DNA from: Enoplolaimus lenunculus
Lineage: Eukaryota
Assembly (NCBI GenBank): GCA_030248215.1
Contig: JASANG010002365.1
Span: 186,001 to 250,000 of the forward strand
Direction: 5' to 3'
DNA: 64,000 bases
The notes under the pieces were generated by a model. It was not told the origin of the DNA and ran no database searches. It saw only the letters and a list, made by a program, of their open reading frames with translations. This document shows, piece after piece, positions 48,493 to 61,755 of the stretch (position 1 is its first letter; every line of letters begins with the position of its first letter). The position numbers and the translations under genes are program-made.

Positions 48493-48950
48493 CAGTGTAA
48501 ATTCCGGGTGAGCTGATTACTTAACTCAGAATGAGTTCAGTCAATTCAGAACTCCGAGTTCTGAAAGACCTAAAATTTAGAGCTCAGGCTTCTGAGTGGA
48601 TTCAACTCATACTGTGTTAAAATAAACTCACTGGAATTTACAGTGTATAAACTTGTATTGATTGGGGCTCAAAACGTGGATCTGTTTTAATGCACCGGTT
48701 ACTACAGTACGCTGTAAATTCCAATGAGTTGATTAATCAATTCTGCTAGCGAGTTGGTTTATTTCTGAATTAATATCAGTAAGCATGCTCAGTTTAGTTG
48801 AATCTCTAATTGAGTTGACTCTGGGTGAGTAGACTATTTAACTCAGAATGAATTCAATCTATTCAAAATTCTGAGGTCTGATAGTCACAACTCAGACTGA
48901 ATGATTCAACTCATTCTGAGTTAAAATCAACTCACTAAAATTTTACAGTG
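48493..48950. mobile_element. Two family D MITEs (48493-48645 and 48710-48950)
   Basis: TGTAAATTCC ... AATTTACAGTG ends with the shared GAGTT-rich interior. Confidence 0.75.
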
Positions 48951-49077
48951 TATATACCTACATATATATTTGAAAAAATATTAATTCTTGGCTCACTTTT
49001 TTGTTCCCAAATTCTTCAACGCTAAAAATTATCGTTATTTCTCAAATAAAATGTAAACTATTAAACTTTTACTCAAA

Positions 49078-52000
49078 ATGGGCCAAAAATTTGATCACGA
49101 CAAACCAACTGACACCGCAATTCAAAATAAACTAAAAACGTTTCAAATATGGCTAACCAGCGTTGCATGGATTATCGTCGATTTGTTATGCTTAAAAATA
49201 ATTTGGTGGATGTGGACGTTGATATGGTTTTACATTGACAAATTACCTTTTATGATTCGATGGCGATCTCAAAATCCATGCGAAACGTTTTATATTTTGG
49301 CCCGATTTAAAGGTATCTTTAGCTCTCATAAACCATACATCGATACATGGAAACGGTTCAGATATTTTTTGGTTGATTTTGAAAATGCGGCCGATTTAAG
49401 TAAGCCAATGGCTTATCCGCTGACATACAAAGCGGTAAAGCGCCTAAGGAACCGGGACTAATGCATCGATCACACTGTAAATTGCAATGAGTTGATTAAT
49501 CAATTCAGCTAGCGAATTAGTTATTTCTGAATTAATATCAGTGGACCTTAACTCACTCTGAGTTGAGTTGACTATGGGTGAGTTGATTAATTAACTCAGA
49601 ATGAATTGAATCAACTCTAATTTCTGAGTTCTGAAAGTCTAACTCAGACTGAGTGATTCAACTCATTCTGAGTTGAAATCAACTCACTGAAATTTACAGT
49701 GCAGGGCCGTAAGTAGTAAGCATATTCTTCTGCCTAAAGCTTAAAGCCCATGCCCAAGCAAAAGATTAGTCTAAAGCTTAAGCTTAATAGTCCATTCGAT
49801 ATCAGTCCCGAAGAAAAATGGCCGCCAATGATCTATGGGCTGGGACTGGAAAGCATTCAGGTTTTAAGCGAGGGCTTCCAATATTAGGCGATCGGCGAAG
49901 GCTTGAGTTTAGGTTTAGGTTTTGGCTATGTCTATTCAAGAACGCCTCGATAATTAACAAAATCCCAGTAAACAATACAAAGATTGAATGGTAAAACATT
50001 TGGACCCATGCATAGAACACGGCCGGAACAGTAGTAAGCATTATCCTAAACCTAAGCCTAAGCAAAAAAGTTAGTCTAAAGCTTAAACTGACTCTATTTT
50101 ACAGCCCCGTTCCGAAAACGATCCGGCCCTGTTCTATAATTGCGCCAACATTTGGGAAAAATAAATTTTAATATCACTGCCGAAATTGGCTTTATCTCCG
50201 GCGAAAATCTTACTAAAAGCGATCGCTGAATGATCTGAGGCTCTGTGGACTAGAAATGGACTCATTGCAAGCTCTACAAATATACATTGCGTCTGCTATT
50301 AGCTAATATTTTTATCAACATGGATTTCAAATTCGCAACTATTGATGTTATACGCGTTTTAAGCCAAATAATAATTTAATCTTTTAGGAGGCGCTGGCGA
50401 TCCGAGTCGTGGTTATGATTTTTTGAAATTTCCTCGAAGTTTTGAGTCAATTGCAACGATAAAAGATCCGCATTGGATTGTGTATTGTGTAGAAACCGAT
50501 TACACCTATTTAACATATACTGATGTAAGTTTGTTGATATTTCGTTGTAGGTAAACTGCAAGCAGCTTTCATTTTGCATCATATCAGGTTCAGCTATGAT
50601 TGGTTTATGGTTGACGCAGAAATACCGGTAATTATTCAACGGCTGGACTGTTATCGATACGTTGTTTCAATCGTTTGTTTTTATTATGTGCTTAAAATTT
50701 AAAGTTGTTATCAGTGTAGCAACATTATTTTTAAATAATAAATGAAATTTTGTAGGTAACTTTAATGTGGTCGATGAAGCATTTATAAGTACGCAGCTAA
50801 ACTTAGGGTATTTGATGTTTATACATTATAATTTAGCAATTTTAGAGCTAAAGCTCAATGAAATTGCCTAATTTTACAACCTAAGATACGTTAAAATCCA
50901 CACGTAAACCTGGATTATGGCAAGCCTAAAGCTCAACCAGAAATATCCTTAATTCGACAGGTTTAATACAATTTAAGAATATAAAAAGCTACAATAAAAT
51001 CAAAAAATGAATTTTTAAATACAAAGACAACTATTTCTTGAACAGGGGTGCATTGTGCTTCCTTTGCAATAGATCAATGACCACAACGAATGTCTTAACC
51101 GTGCCAAACACGTTATAAAAGATGTTTAAGGCTATTAACGTCTGAAATTCCAGACATTTTAGTCTTGAAAATTGAAACAATTTAAGTTTTAAAATTGCAA
51201 GACAAACGTATTTTTAGTCTTGGTAATATCTCACGCCGAATTTGACTACTATTTTTTACACGCCATTACTTTTTAAGAGATGTTTAAATATATTCTATTG
51301 AGATCGAGCGAACAATAGTGAAAAATACTAATCCGGTTCAATTCACCAATATACGTCATACCTATTCGCTGATTCATGGATTGAGGGCGTTGTAGCAACT
51401 TATACACAGTCGAATTTGACTCTGGTGGTGTCGAATTTTGGACTCAGTTTGTGTAGTTCGGAAAAGCCTATTTCGGAGAGAGTCAATTTGACTCACCACT
51501 TTTTGCAGTGTAGCTTAGCTCCGCATCATGAAATCAAGCACAAATCCACATAAAGTTGTTTAAATAACCATGGTGAGCTGACTACAGACGTAAAATTTGA
51601 CGACAATCTTTATAGTTTCAGAAAACACTACGTCAAATGCAAGTGAAATCGGTCGCATTTATCTTCGAACGATGCTTTAAAGATGCAAAATATATTGCGC
51701 GAGTACCAACAAAAATATTTGAGCAATTACCGAGTTTAATTGATGATTTACCTGAGAAAAAGTTTAAATTAGTCTTAGTGAATGCAATTATGCGATCTGG
51801 TGGTACTTTGTTAATGTCAATCTTACAAATACCAAACAAGTGAGACAAACCGCCGTTAAATTTGTGCAAATTCTACACTGCAAAAAATAGTGAGTCAAAT
51901 TGACTTTCTCGGAAATAGGCTTTTCTTGACTACACAAACTGAGTCGAAATTCGACTCCGCCAGAGTCAAACTGAGTCGAATTTAACTCTCAGACGGAGTT

Positions 52001-54910
52001 GCATTTTGACTCAGTTTGTGTAGTCAGGAAAAGCCTATTTCAGAGAGAATTAATTTGACTCACCATTTTTGCAGTGAACACAATAACTTGTATGTCATAT
52101 AAAAGCACCAGTTGGGTAAAAGTACGAAAAATTTCACCAATACCGAATTTGTGTGGAATCTTTGTCAGCAACTCTCGCAGCCAGAAGCCGACCTTAGTGT
52201 TGTATCTTGTTTAGCTTTGTTTTTACTAAACATCACTTTTAGATTCAGTATGTTTTAAGTTGTCGTTCTGAAACTCAGACAGCCTCGCACCAAAACCATC
52301 GAATCCAACAGCATTCGTTCAACCAATCACTGAACATTTCAGAACAGTCGCATTGAGCGAACCAGATGTTTTCACCAATCTCGCTCGAATTACTGCAGAA
52401 AGTCTGTTGGATGTCGACTCGATTGCTCGCGTCGTTCGCTCAATCGTGTGCAAATTAGCCGTTGAATTCAACGACGTTGAATTTGTTATAATCAAACCGC
52501 GATTCAATCTATTTTATCTTGCTCCAATTATAAATAAACTACATCCTGATACAAAGTTTATTTTTAATTATCGAAGGTAAACGATGTGTTGTTTGGATTA
52601 AAGACTTAATACAGAACACCAAAAACTCTATGTTGCTATACTTTTGAACAGTTCTGTCCGACGTTTTTAAATTGTAAAAAAACCTAAATCTAAAAGCGTA
52701 CCGTAAGCAAAGTATGGCCCATGTTACTTGAAGGGGCGTCCAGGCTTCCATTGATTGGCCACACTTCTGCAATTGGCGCCGAGGCTGATGTCAGAGTAAA
52801 TGGTGACAAATCATTTATCACTTTATGTTCGGTTGGACGTTTTGCATATGGGAACGGTTATATTTTTGTTTATATTTTCTCACGACAGATTGGTACACTG
52901 TAAATTTCAGTGAGTTGATTTTAACTCAGAATGAGTTGAATCATTCAATCTGAGTTATGACTATCAGAACTCACAAATTTGAGTTGATTCAATTCATTCT
53001 GAGATAATTAATCAACTCACCCAGAGTCAACTCAACTCAGAGGAAGAATTAGCTCAACTGAGAGTGAGTTAATGCTTACTAATATTAATTCAGAAATAAC
53101 CAACTCGCTAGCTGAATTGGTTAATCAACTCATTGAAATTACAGTGCATGTACGGCAAGTACTTGGTTCGAAGCCGCAATACAGTTTTTATGATGTTTTG
53201 TTTTGTGCATGCTCAAAAAAATATGAAATTTTCGGTCCGGATTTGAACCCTAAAAACTGGGCCGGTTCCAACCCTGAATCAGTGCCTTTGGCAACTTTGG
53301 TACATGGTACGTGGCATTGCTTTGTCAATAAATCCAACTGATCCAGCATTTCGTCAATCATCCTCAAACAATCTCAATCCAATGCCGAGAAATACTTTTA
53401 AAGAGTTGTAAATTTTTGATCATACAATTCGTTTGTGAACATTATTTTTATTTTCAGCGATGTTCTTAAAACGATGACACAGCTGCATCGAATGCTTGTC
53501 ATAGCGGCTGGAGCATTTCAATTTATCGATGCAACCGGTTTCGATTGCAACCTGTTTGCCACAAACGAATTGCGGCGCAAACTGTTTCCAAACATTTCTC
53601 CGGATCCGTAAGCGTGTAGCGCCAACAGTAATTTTATGCGCAAATTGTCCGTTGCTGTAATATAGGAATAACTGAAATCCTGTTATTTTTACGTTCAAAA
53701 TTAGTTATAAATAACGTATTAATTTTCCGTTACAGATCGGTTGTAATTATTCGAAATGAATTGTAAATTGCGAAATTCATCCAAAATCGTAAACATTTCC
53801 ATGCATCTGTTATTTTTCTTTAAAACAAATGCCGGTAAATATAATATGCACTCCTCATTTGTGTTGGCAGAAAAATAAAACATTTTGGAAATTTTTATAT
53901 ATACTTCATTATCCGTTTTCCGTTTCCGTTTTCATTATTTTGATCATTATCTGTTTCGGCTTCCATTTTCGTTATTTTTACTAGTGGAAAACAACTACTA
54001 TGTTAAGGTCTTCCAGCACGGATCAAAACCAAAATTTTGTGTTTTTAGATTACTGCAAAATTATGTTTGGCTATTCTGTCGAACAAGGTTTGCTCATTCT
54101 AATTTGCGAAATTGTTATCGATAAGAAATATTTTAAATTGATGCAAACATAATCTCGACAGGCACGTCATTAGCTATATAACTCACATGCTAATGTGTCT
54201 CGTTGAAAGAAACTAATTTAAGAAAAAATATCTATATATTAAAGCTGGTATGCCCCACATACATATTTTGGACAGCGTTCCAGGATTACTTTGCTTACAA
54301 TGAATTCTTAAAACATAAAACGTGATTGTTCTATGAATAGAATATCTGCGTGAAAATGTTTGTGTACTCGCTAGCTTTTGCGCATTGCGCAAAACCGGCT
54401 GCCTAATAAATATTAACACGAAAACAATTCTATTTTAGAATATTTCCTGATTACAACTATACGTTGAAACCATCAAATGTCAACGAATATCTTATGATGT
54501 ATATGATATCACAAATTAACGGTACAGTCAATATGATCAATTCCAACATATACGTGCATATTGTCAACTATGAAGCGTTAATTGAAAACCCGGATCGAAT
54601 ACTTGAAGGTTTATTTCGTTTCTTAGAATTGCAATCCCAAAGTGATATCACGCAGCGTACATTGTCGTTGGATCAATATATAACAAATGCCAAAGACGCA
54701 ATGAATACTGATAGCCAAGAAGGTACTCGATATAGTAGCAAAATGCTGGCAAAACATCCAAAACGCGAAATATCACTATGCGAACGCGTAGCGTACGATA
54801 AATGGTGCGAGCTAATGAAGTTGAAACCATTTTTAGCTTCAGGTTGCATAGCAGAACAGTATTTTGACGAATACATCTCACAAGGCAACATGAAAAAACT
54901 CCAGCGTTGA
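49078..54910 (+). CDS. Sulfotransferase-fold (PAPS-binding P-loop) protein with N-terminal Trp-rich hydrophobic segment; 6 exons, ~481 aa
   Basis: Exons 49078-49312, 50388-50524, 51622-51839, 52343-52576, 53458-53607, 54439-54910 (1446 nt, phases consistent). Motifs VNAIMRSGGTLLMSIL (5'-PSB-like), LSEP, FIFNYRS (3'-PB-like), VNYEALIENP (YEDL-like). The two 5' exons are less certain. Confidence 0.75.
49473..49701. mobile_element. Family D MITE with CA/CA 2-bp TSD
   Basis: CA|CACTGTAAATT ... AATTTACAGTG|CA. Confidence 0.85.
50003..50146. mobile_element. Family A MITE, minimal array
   Basis: Degenerate GGCC ends with a perfect 8-bp TSD AACATTTG. Confidence 0.85.
51876..52076. mobile_element. 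Family C MITE (intronic)
   Basis: CACTGCAAAAAATAG ... CCATTTTTGCAGTG. A half copy lies at ~51405-51510. Confidence 0.85.
52896..53146. mobile_element. Family D MITE (intronic)
   Basis: CACTGTAAATTTCAG ... AAATTACAGTG. Confidence 0.85.
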
Positions 54911-55470
54911 CGACAAAATCTAAACTGGCCAATCAGCAACAACTATGGTTGGTTCGAAACGATTTTAGCTTTAAATTGGTACCGTAGTGACCAGAGTGTA
55001 ACCAAATTTCCGTTTCTGGTAAAAATCGGTGTCCGTTACGTTCAAAACCAGTTTTAAATACTACGTACATAGCTGCAATTGTATGAAATGAAATAAAAAT
55101 TACGAAGTTCATTTAAAATCTTGAAAATTTCGATACATCCGCTATTTTGTTTAAAACTATTGAAAGCCCGGTGAACAATTGAACGTTCCTATTGCGTTGG
55201 CAGAAAAATATAACATTTTTGAAACTTTCATACTTCAGTATTTGTTTTCGGTTTCCGTTATGTCGATCACTATCCGTTTTTGTTTCCGTTATTCTAACTG
55301 CCATCCGTTAAGCGTTAACTCCCTGGTAGTGACCCTGCTCAGTTTAAACAAAAATTACAAGAATTATACATTATGAAATAGACACTGAGTAAAAATTGAA
55401 TCTGTTGCAACTGTATCAAACAAAAAATGAACAAAAGATAAATATTTGAAACCGTATGTATCAGTTTAAA

Positions 55471-56129
55471 AATGTGAGAAGGGGTTATAGATAGTAAACT
55501 GAAAATTTTTCGCTTAACCCTTTGAAAATTTTTCGCTTAACCCTTTCTCACATGAATATTTTCTATTTTCCCTGAGACATACTTTTATGCTAGGATTCGA
55601 ACTCCAGTGACTGGAGTGGGAGGCAGGCGTATACCTTCACCACTCAGCTATAGGAGCTTGACGCACGAGCCCGAGGGGCTCTCACGTCTTGTGGTGATTT
55701 AGTACTATGTATGCGTGTTGCAATTGTTAAACACGGTGCGATATATATTATTTAACGTATATACACTGAGCTAAGTTGCCTATAGGCAACTCAATGGGAG
55801 AAGGGGTTATAGATAGTAAGCTCAAAAATTTTTGCTTAGATAGTAAACTGAAAAGTTTTCGCTTAACCCTTCCTCACATGAATATTTTCGATTTACCCTG
55901 AGACATACTTTTATGCTAGGATTCGAACTCCAGTGACTGGAGTGGGAGGCGTATACCATCACCACTCAGCTATAGGAGCTTGACGCTCGAGCTGGACGGG
56001 GCTCTTACGTCTTATGGTGATTTAGTACTATGTATACGTGTTGCAATTGTTAAACACGGTGCGATATATATTATTTAACGTACACTGCGCTGAGTTGCCT
56101 ATAGGCAACTCAATGTGAGAAGGGGTTAA
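55471..56129. mobile_element. Tandem copies of the piggyBac-like family F element (55541-55806, 55867-56125, remnant end at 55471-55484)
   Basis: TTAA|CCC...GGGG|TTA(A/T) ends; reverse complement of 4224-4486; copies are separated by a shared AGATAGTAAACTGAAAA..TTTCGC spacer. Confidence 0.8.
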
Positions 56130-57045
56130 GTAAGGAATATCCGGTTGTACCCTAGTACCCCCATCAGAATTTTTTTACTTTTCATAACATGAACTATCTC
56201 GACCCGTCAGAAATTCCTGGATCCGCCGGTGGTTGTCGCAATGAGTTACTGGTTAATTTTACATTTCGGTGGTCGTGGGCCCAGGCCCGCCGGCATGGAA
56301 CCAAGCCGGTCCCAACCTTGATGTGAAACTCGCGTAAGGGCAAACCATTTGTCTGACGCTAGCGATTGCGCTCAATACACGAATTAAACAAACTTCGTTC
56401 CTGCTTTACTAAGTGATATTCGTAAAGTCAACAGCGCAAATGTATTTTTGTTTCACAAGTTACATGGGAATAACCGTACCGGGACCACTACACGAATTAA
56501 TGCTAAATAACTCATCGAAATCTATAAACTGGTCGCCAGTATCAAGTGTACATTTAAGTGTTTAATGCAAAAAAGGATGTCCTTCAGAGCAATGACGCAT
56601 GTCCGAAACTGAAACAAGAACAATATAAATTCCAATCCATCTATTTCAGCTAAAATTTAACAACACAAAAAGGAAACAAAGAGGTGCACACGAAACGTGG
56701 CTCTTCACAACCATTAAAGTAACACATCCGGTTATTCCGCAAACTGCACAAATATACGCCATGCTGTTACAGAAACATCAATGTGCATAAGGTTTGCACT
56801 ATGCTAACCTGACAGAAAGCCCAAACGTAACCTGACAGAAAGTTCCAACAGCAAAACTGTTCAAATTTTTGATGTGATCGTTTGTTTCGAGGGCATCCTT
56901 TAGAACAATGGGGTAACAACAGACTGAATCCACCAAACGCCGAAGCTACTTGATTTTCAAACAATACACACAAAACCAAACCCAGAATAATGTACACAAA
57001 AGAATAATTCACGTTATTATATTTGCAACTATCAAATAATCACAA

Positions 57046-60000
57046 TCATTTCAAACGCTGAACGACAACAGCATTCAACAGACCCTCACTTTCGAGCGTT
57101 TGCGATTCATCAGTTAATTCCTGGCGCGGAAATGTAGTCATGAGCACAAATTCACGATTGCTATAGTCGGGTCGGGCTCTAAAATATGCAAACTAAAAGT
57201 TGTTGACTCTTATATCATATTGTGTAGTAAGTATAGAGTCACAAAGTTTCAGCCACAAAAGCAATCGATTAAGACATGAGAACGTCTTCGAACGAACAAA
57301 GGTGTGTTCCCTAATGCGCCGCAATATGTGTTAACAGTTATTAAAATTGTCTTTTGCAGTCTTTGCCCTAATATAAAAGTAGTGTTTGACTACTTACTTC
57401 ATTATTGCATCACGTATATCAGAAATCCTATGGCTATTATTGAATCGTAAACACAATCTAAAATTTATAAAAAAACAATTGCTATTTTGTCACTAAAAAA
57501 ATCTGAAATTTTTAACTTTCAAAATCTAAGACACCTCAATAATTAAATATTACAAACAAAAGAAACAGCTTATAACTTAATTATGCAGTAAACATAAATG
57601 ATTGTATACGTATCAGGGATCGACCGGAAATTAAATTTATCGGAAACAGGATAGTAACGTTTCTACCGGAACCAGATGTTAACCGTACATAAGATATACA
57701 TTAGTGCACTGTTGGAAATACTTAAGTTGTGTCACAATATAACGTTAGTTGTTTACTGATTTAAATTGATTGTTGGCTTGAATTGTTCATTTAACTTCAG
57801 TGACACTTGTTGACCTGCCCGGAAACGTGATCGCAGCAAAATATCTAACACATCCACAAGCGAAAAGCAATTTATAGTAGTTGGGACCACAACCGTACAT
57901 ATCTGACAGCCAGTAGTTTTGTATAGGACACCTGAACCGCCTACGGATATTGGTTTCTTGCAGAATATTAAACCGGAACCGCAAATCCGGTCGGTCCCTG
58001 TTACCTACACAGAAAAACTCAAAACTCAACTCAACGTATCATAACTAATCAGCTTTAAAAATATTAACACACCTAGCTCCATCGGCAAGTCGTATTTGGA
58101 TGGCTGCAACTGGCTGCGTTTCGTCAACATCAATTTTCGGTATTTCTATAGGTTCACGGCCAAAACTGGAAGTTGTTTCCCCGGCTGTTACACTACTGCT
58201 ACTACTGCCTGCGGCGCCTTCAACATTAGGTACAATACTGAAAACAAAAAAGTTACTATTATTGACGCCTTACGAAAGTTAAAATTTCTCAAAGCCATTA
58301 TTGAAGCTATCGAAATTCTCAGTGCAAAAGCCAAAACCTGCAATATTTTGGCTATAATTGGAACAGCTGTGAAGGGTTAATTTGCATGGCGCAACTACCA
58401 GTAGTTATACGATCTGAATTTTCGGTACAACATCACTACAAATCATAAGGCGTTTTTGTATCGCAATAATAGCCAAAGCCAGAATTGACCAGCTAATGCG
58501 CTATTGCATGGTGCAAGATGCACCAACGCACGTTGTGTTTTGGCTCAACTCCGTTAACTTTTGGGGGTCGATATTATCGGAAGCAAGCAATATGTATATG
58601 GCGTTTATAAGTATAATTGGAGCAATCAACTCTATGTTTATCACACAAAAGGAAGACAAACGGTCATGTGTACTTCCAGAATTGAGGTGAATGACGAGGA
58701 GGGGTAAGCAAAAACGCAAAGCGTGCTGGGTGTATTCCATTCTACACAGAATGTATTCAGGTGAATACTCTGCTGCACAATAGACATTATTCACTCTTGG
58801 TCAAAGCATTGTGTTTATACATTTCATGTTAATAAACATTACTTACCCGCCCAATGTCTGGCCACTACCAGAAAATGGTTTCATCGGTGGAGGTTTGAAA
58901 TTTTCGCTATCGTGATTTTCAATGTCGACATTGATCTTATCATGGGGATACTGACGTATCAACTCGCTCGGTATCTCGCTGCAATAGATGTTTTTTTGCG
59001 CAATGGGCAATGACAAACTGCTTCATTGATTTACAAACTCACGATCTCAACAGTGTTGGCCGACTGTAAGCACAACACAATATAAACCTTTTAGTGAGAG
59101 CGCAATGTTGATCAATTTACTCAGAGAACTCGTTGTAACATTTAGAGAATGTAAACGGTGAATTTAGTTATAATGTTAAAGATAAACATTGAACACGATT
59201 GTCGTAGAATAACGAGCATCGGAATAAAATTCGAACAGGGCCTGAACAGACACTTCACCGTAATTTCATCCGTAAGTGTCAAGTCCGATGGAGCCCTGCT
59301 TATCACGTAACCACACAACTACCAGTGGTTGTAACTTATAAGGTTTATGTTTTCATTCTTACCCTGCCATCACACTTGCCAGGAACATTTTTGATCGCAA
59401 ATCGTTGTAGTCCCGAAGTTCGCCGTCGTCTAAGCTGAATCCATTTTTCCACATTTTGAGAACAACCGTAACATCAGCACGGCCGCCAGTAGCTCCACCA
59501 GACAGAGATCCGCTTGAAGCTCCTGCTGCATTTGCGCCTGCCACATCTTGGCCAACATACTGTGTTTCGCTTTCGTCTGAGCCTAGTTTATAACCGCCAC
59601 CTAAAAGTAATTTCGTTAACAGCACAAATAAACTGGTGCATAGTGTACTTGACTACGACCATTCAAAAGAGCAATCATTTACCAGAAAAAGGCATGTAAT
59701 AAGATTTCAGTGACAGTAAGAATAAACTGCCTAACCACCTCCAGCAAAATAATGACGCCGATTAAAACAAACACATAAATCATCCGTGCAACCTTAATTA
59801 TTAAACACATGAAGGTGCGTATCTATGCTCACCGGAGAAATATTTTGGTTTAGTTTCCTTTTGCCGTTGTTCAGGAGTGACCTCTTCTGCACCATGCCTA
59901 CAAAACAAAAAACAGATCACCTGTTGAAAAACAGTATATCTGCAAAAGCAAATAAAATGCTATTTAAAACTTATATTACACATCATAATATAAAATACGC

Positions 60001-60596
60001 AAAGGCACTTTGATTTTGATACAATCTACAAGTAAAACGGTCACCGTTCTCTGCACTACAGTACAGACAGACCTGATGAGATAGTTTAGATCACAAAACG
60101 TTGCCCTGTTAAAACGAACATGGTACAAAATAGAGCAGTTCATTACTCTATCACAAACGCTCACGCTCTGGCTTGCTGGAAAACTTTTTTGATCAAATCA
60201 TTCGGGTTTTGTTTTCCTGACGGCCCTAACACTTCTTGGCCGCTGAAAAAAATCAAATTTGCAAGCAAAATAAAAAACATATTGTGTACTCTGGTGATGA
60301 GCCGACATCAGAATGTTTGTCGATGCCGATTGATTGACACATCCCTAGTGTAGTTAGCATATACTCTAAAAATTTTAGGGTGGGAACCCCTATCTATGAT
60401 CAAAATATTTTTCAATTTTTTTGCAAAAAATATTGTTGCGGTGGGGCTCCTCATTGGGAAATTGGGGGTGTGGGGAGGTTACTGCTCCGGCTTTGAGCAC
60501 ACAAGTTTACTCAGAACAACTATGCATGTTACGATTGATGTCGTAAACTATGTTTAACGTTCAACAAAACACACTTTGTACAATAATTAACCATTC

Positions 60597-60672
<76 letters not shown>

Positions 60673-61755
60673 GCATAATACGTATTATTCTAACATAGAA
60701 ACGCACAAATTTGGTCTGGTTTCTGACAGTCAGCTTAATTGTGTTACGTTCCTATTAATTAATTAATTAAACGCGTTAGCTTTTAGTTGACGCGTGTCAC
60801 CTTTTTTCTGAGCCTCCAACGTAAAACGCCTGTTTATCTTCATCTTCATCTGATGATGCTTGTGGATTTTTATCTTTGTGCTCACCATCAAACAACGTTG
60901 CTATTCTGAAATATGGCAAGTTCGTTGATTCCAACAATGTCACAAATTCCACTGATAGCAGTGGTATATATACGTATATATAATAGAAACAAAGAACCGA
61001 AATAAAATTAAACTCTTCCACTAGAAAAAACAGCAAATTCAACAAATCTTTACGCACTTTTTGGACATATTCGCTTCGTCAGGACGTTGTTTAGCAGAAG
61101 GCGAACTACTGTCATCAAAGTCAACACAGGTGCCTTCAGCACGACTTTTCGTTGCACCAGATGAGATTTCTGAACTATAATCGACTTGGTCTGCACTATT
61201 TGAAGCTATTTCGTTAATGAACTCCACGTCAACCGTATCACTATCGCCAGTATTTTCAAAGAATGCTGCTAGCGCAACCTGTTGTTAAATAAGAAGACTT
61301 CTAATACACAGAATAAAATTTCAAAAATCTCAAGCTTCTCACAGTAAAGTAAAAAATAAAAAATCGAAGCTAGCAATTAATTTTAATTAAAAACATATAC
61401 GTATATATTTTGCAATACTTTGATCAGTGCAAAAATTTCAAAGCCATTTCCCGAAAACATTTTGTTCCGATTCCGGTAAATTGATATTATGCATGGTAAC
61501 AACTGTGCCGAATTTGTATGCTATATCGGATTTACGTGACATTCAGCTTCAGTAAAATTGTACTATACGGCTCCGGTACTCGGTCAAAATATTATCAGGT
61601 CGATCCCCGCGTGATCACTTCCCTTGTATAAGGCATTTGATGTAGTATGTATATACCTGAATATCGCCACCTGCGGACTCGAGAAAAAACTTTGCGCGAG
61701 ATTTGTCAGCACCGGATATTTCACAAAATGTATTAATCAAAGAATCGTCGTCCAT
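57046..61755 (-). CDS. NSFL1C: NSFL1 cofactor p47 (UBA-like, SEP and UBX domains; p97/CDC-48 adaptor); 10 exons, ~431 aa
   Basis: Minus-strand exons 61755-61657, 61278-61058, 60905-60801, 60242-60165, 59897-59833, 59600-59363, 58978-58847, 58237-58073, 57457-57398, 57178-57046 (1296 nt). Motifs [61 protein letters not shown] (SEP), [10 protein letters not shown] (SHP), [31 protein letters not shown] (UBX). Confidence 0.95.
60604..60672. repeat. (TA)n microsatellite
   Basis: Pure TA run in a p47 intron. Confidence 0.95.

Noticed and set aside
50551..50807. Extra exons of the sulfotransferase-like gene after AGs at 50550 and 50755
   Set aside because: The first needs a 26-nt intron and the second hits a stop in the required phase. 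50524 joins 51622 in frame without them.
55915..55980. Functional tRNA-Gly gene
   Set aside because: A and B boxes are present, but acceptor and anticodon stems do not pair properly and it lies inside a repeated TIR element.
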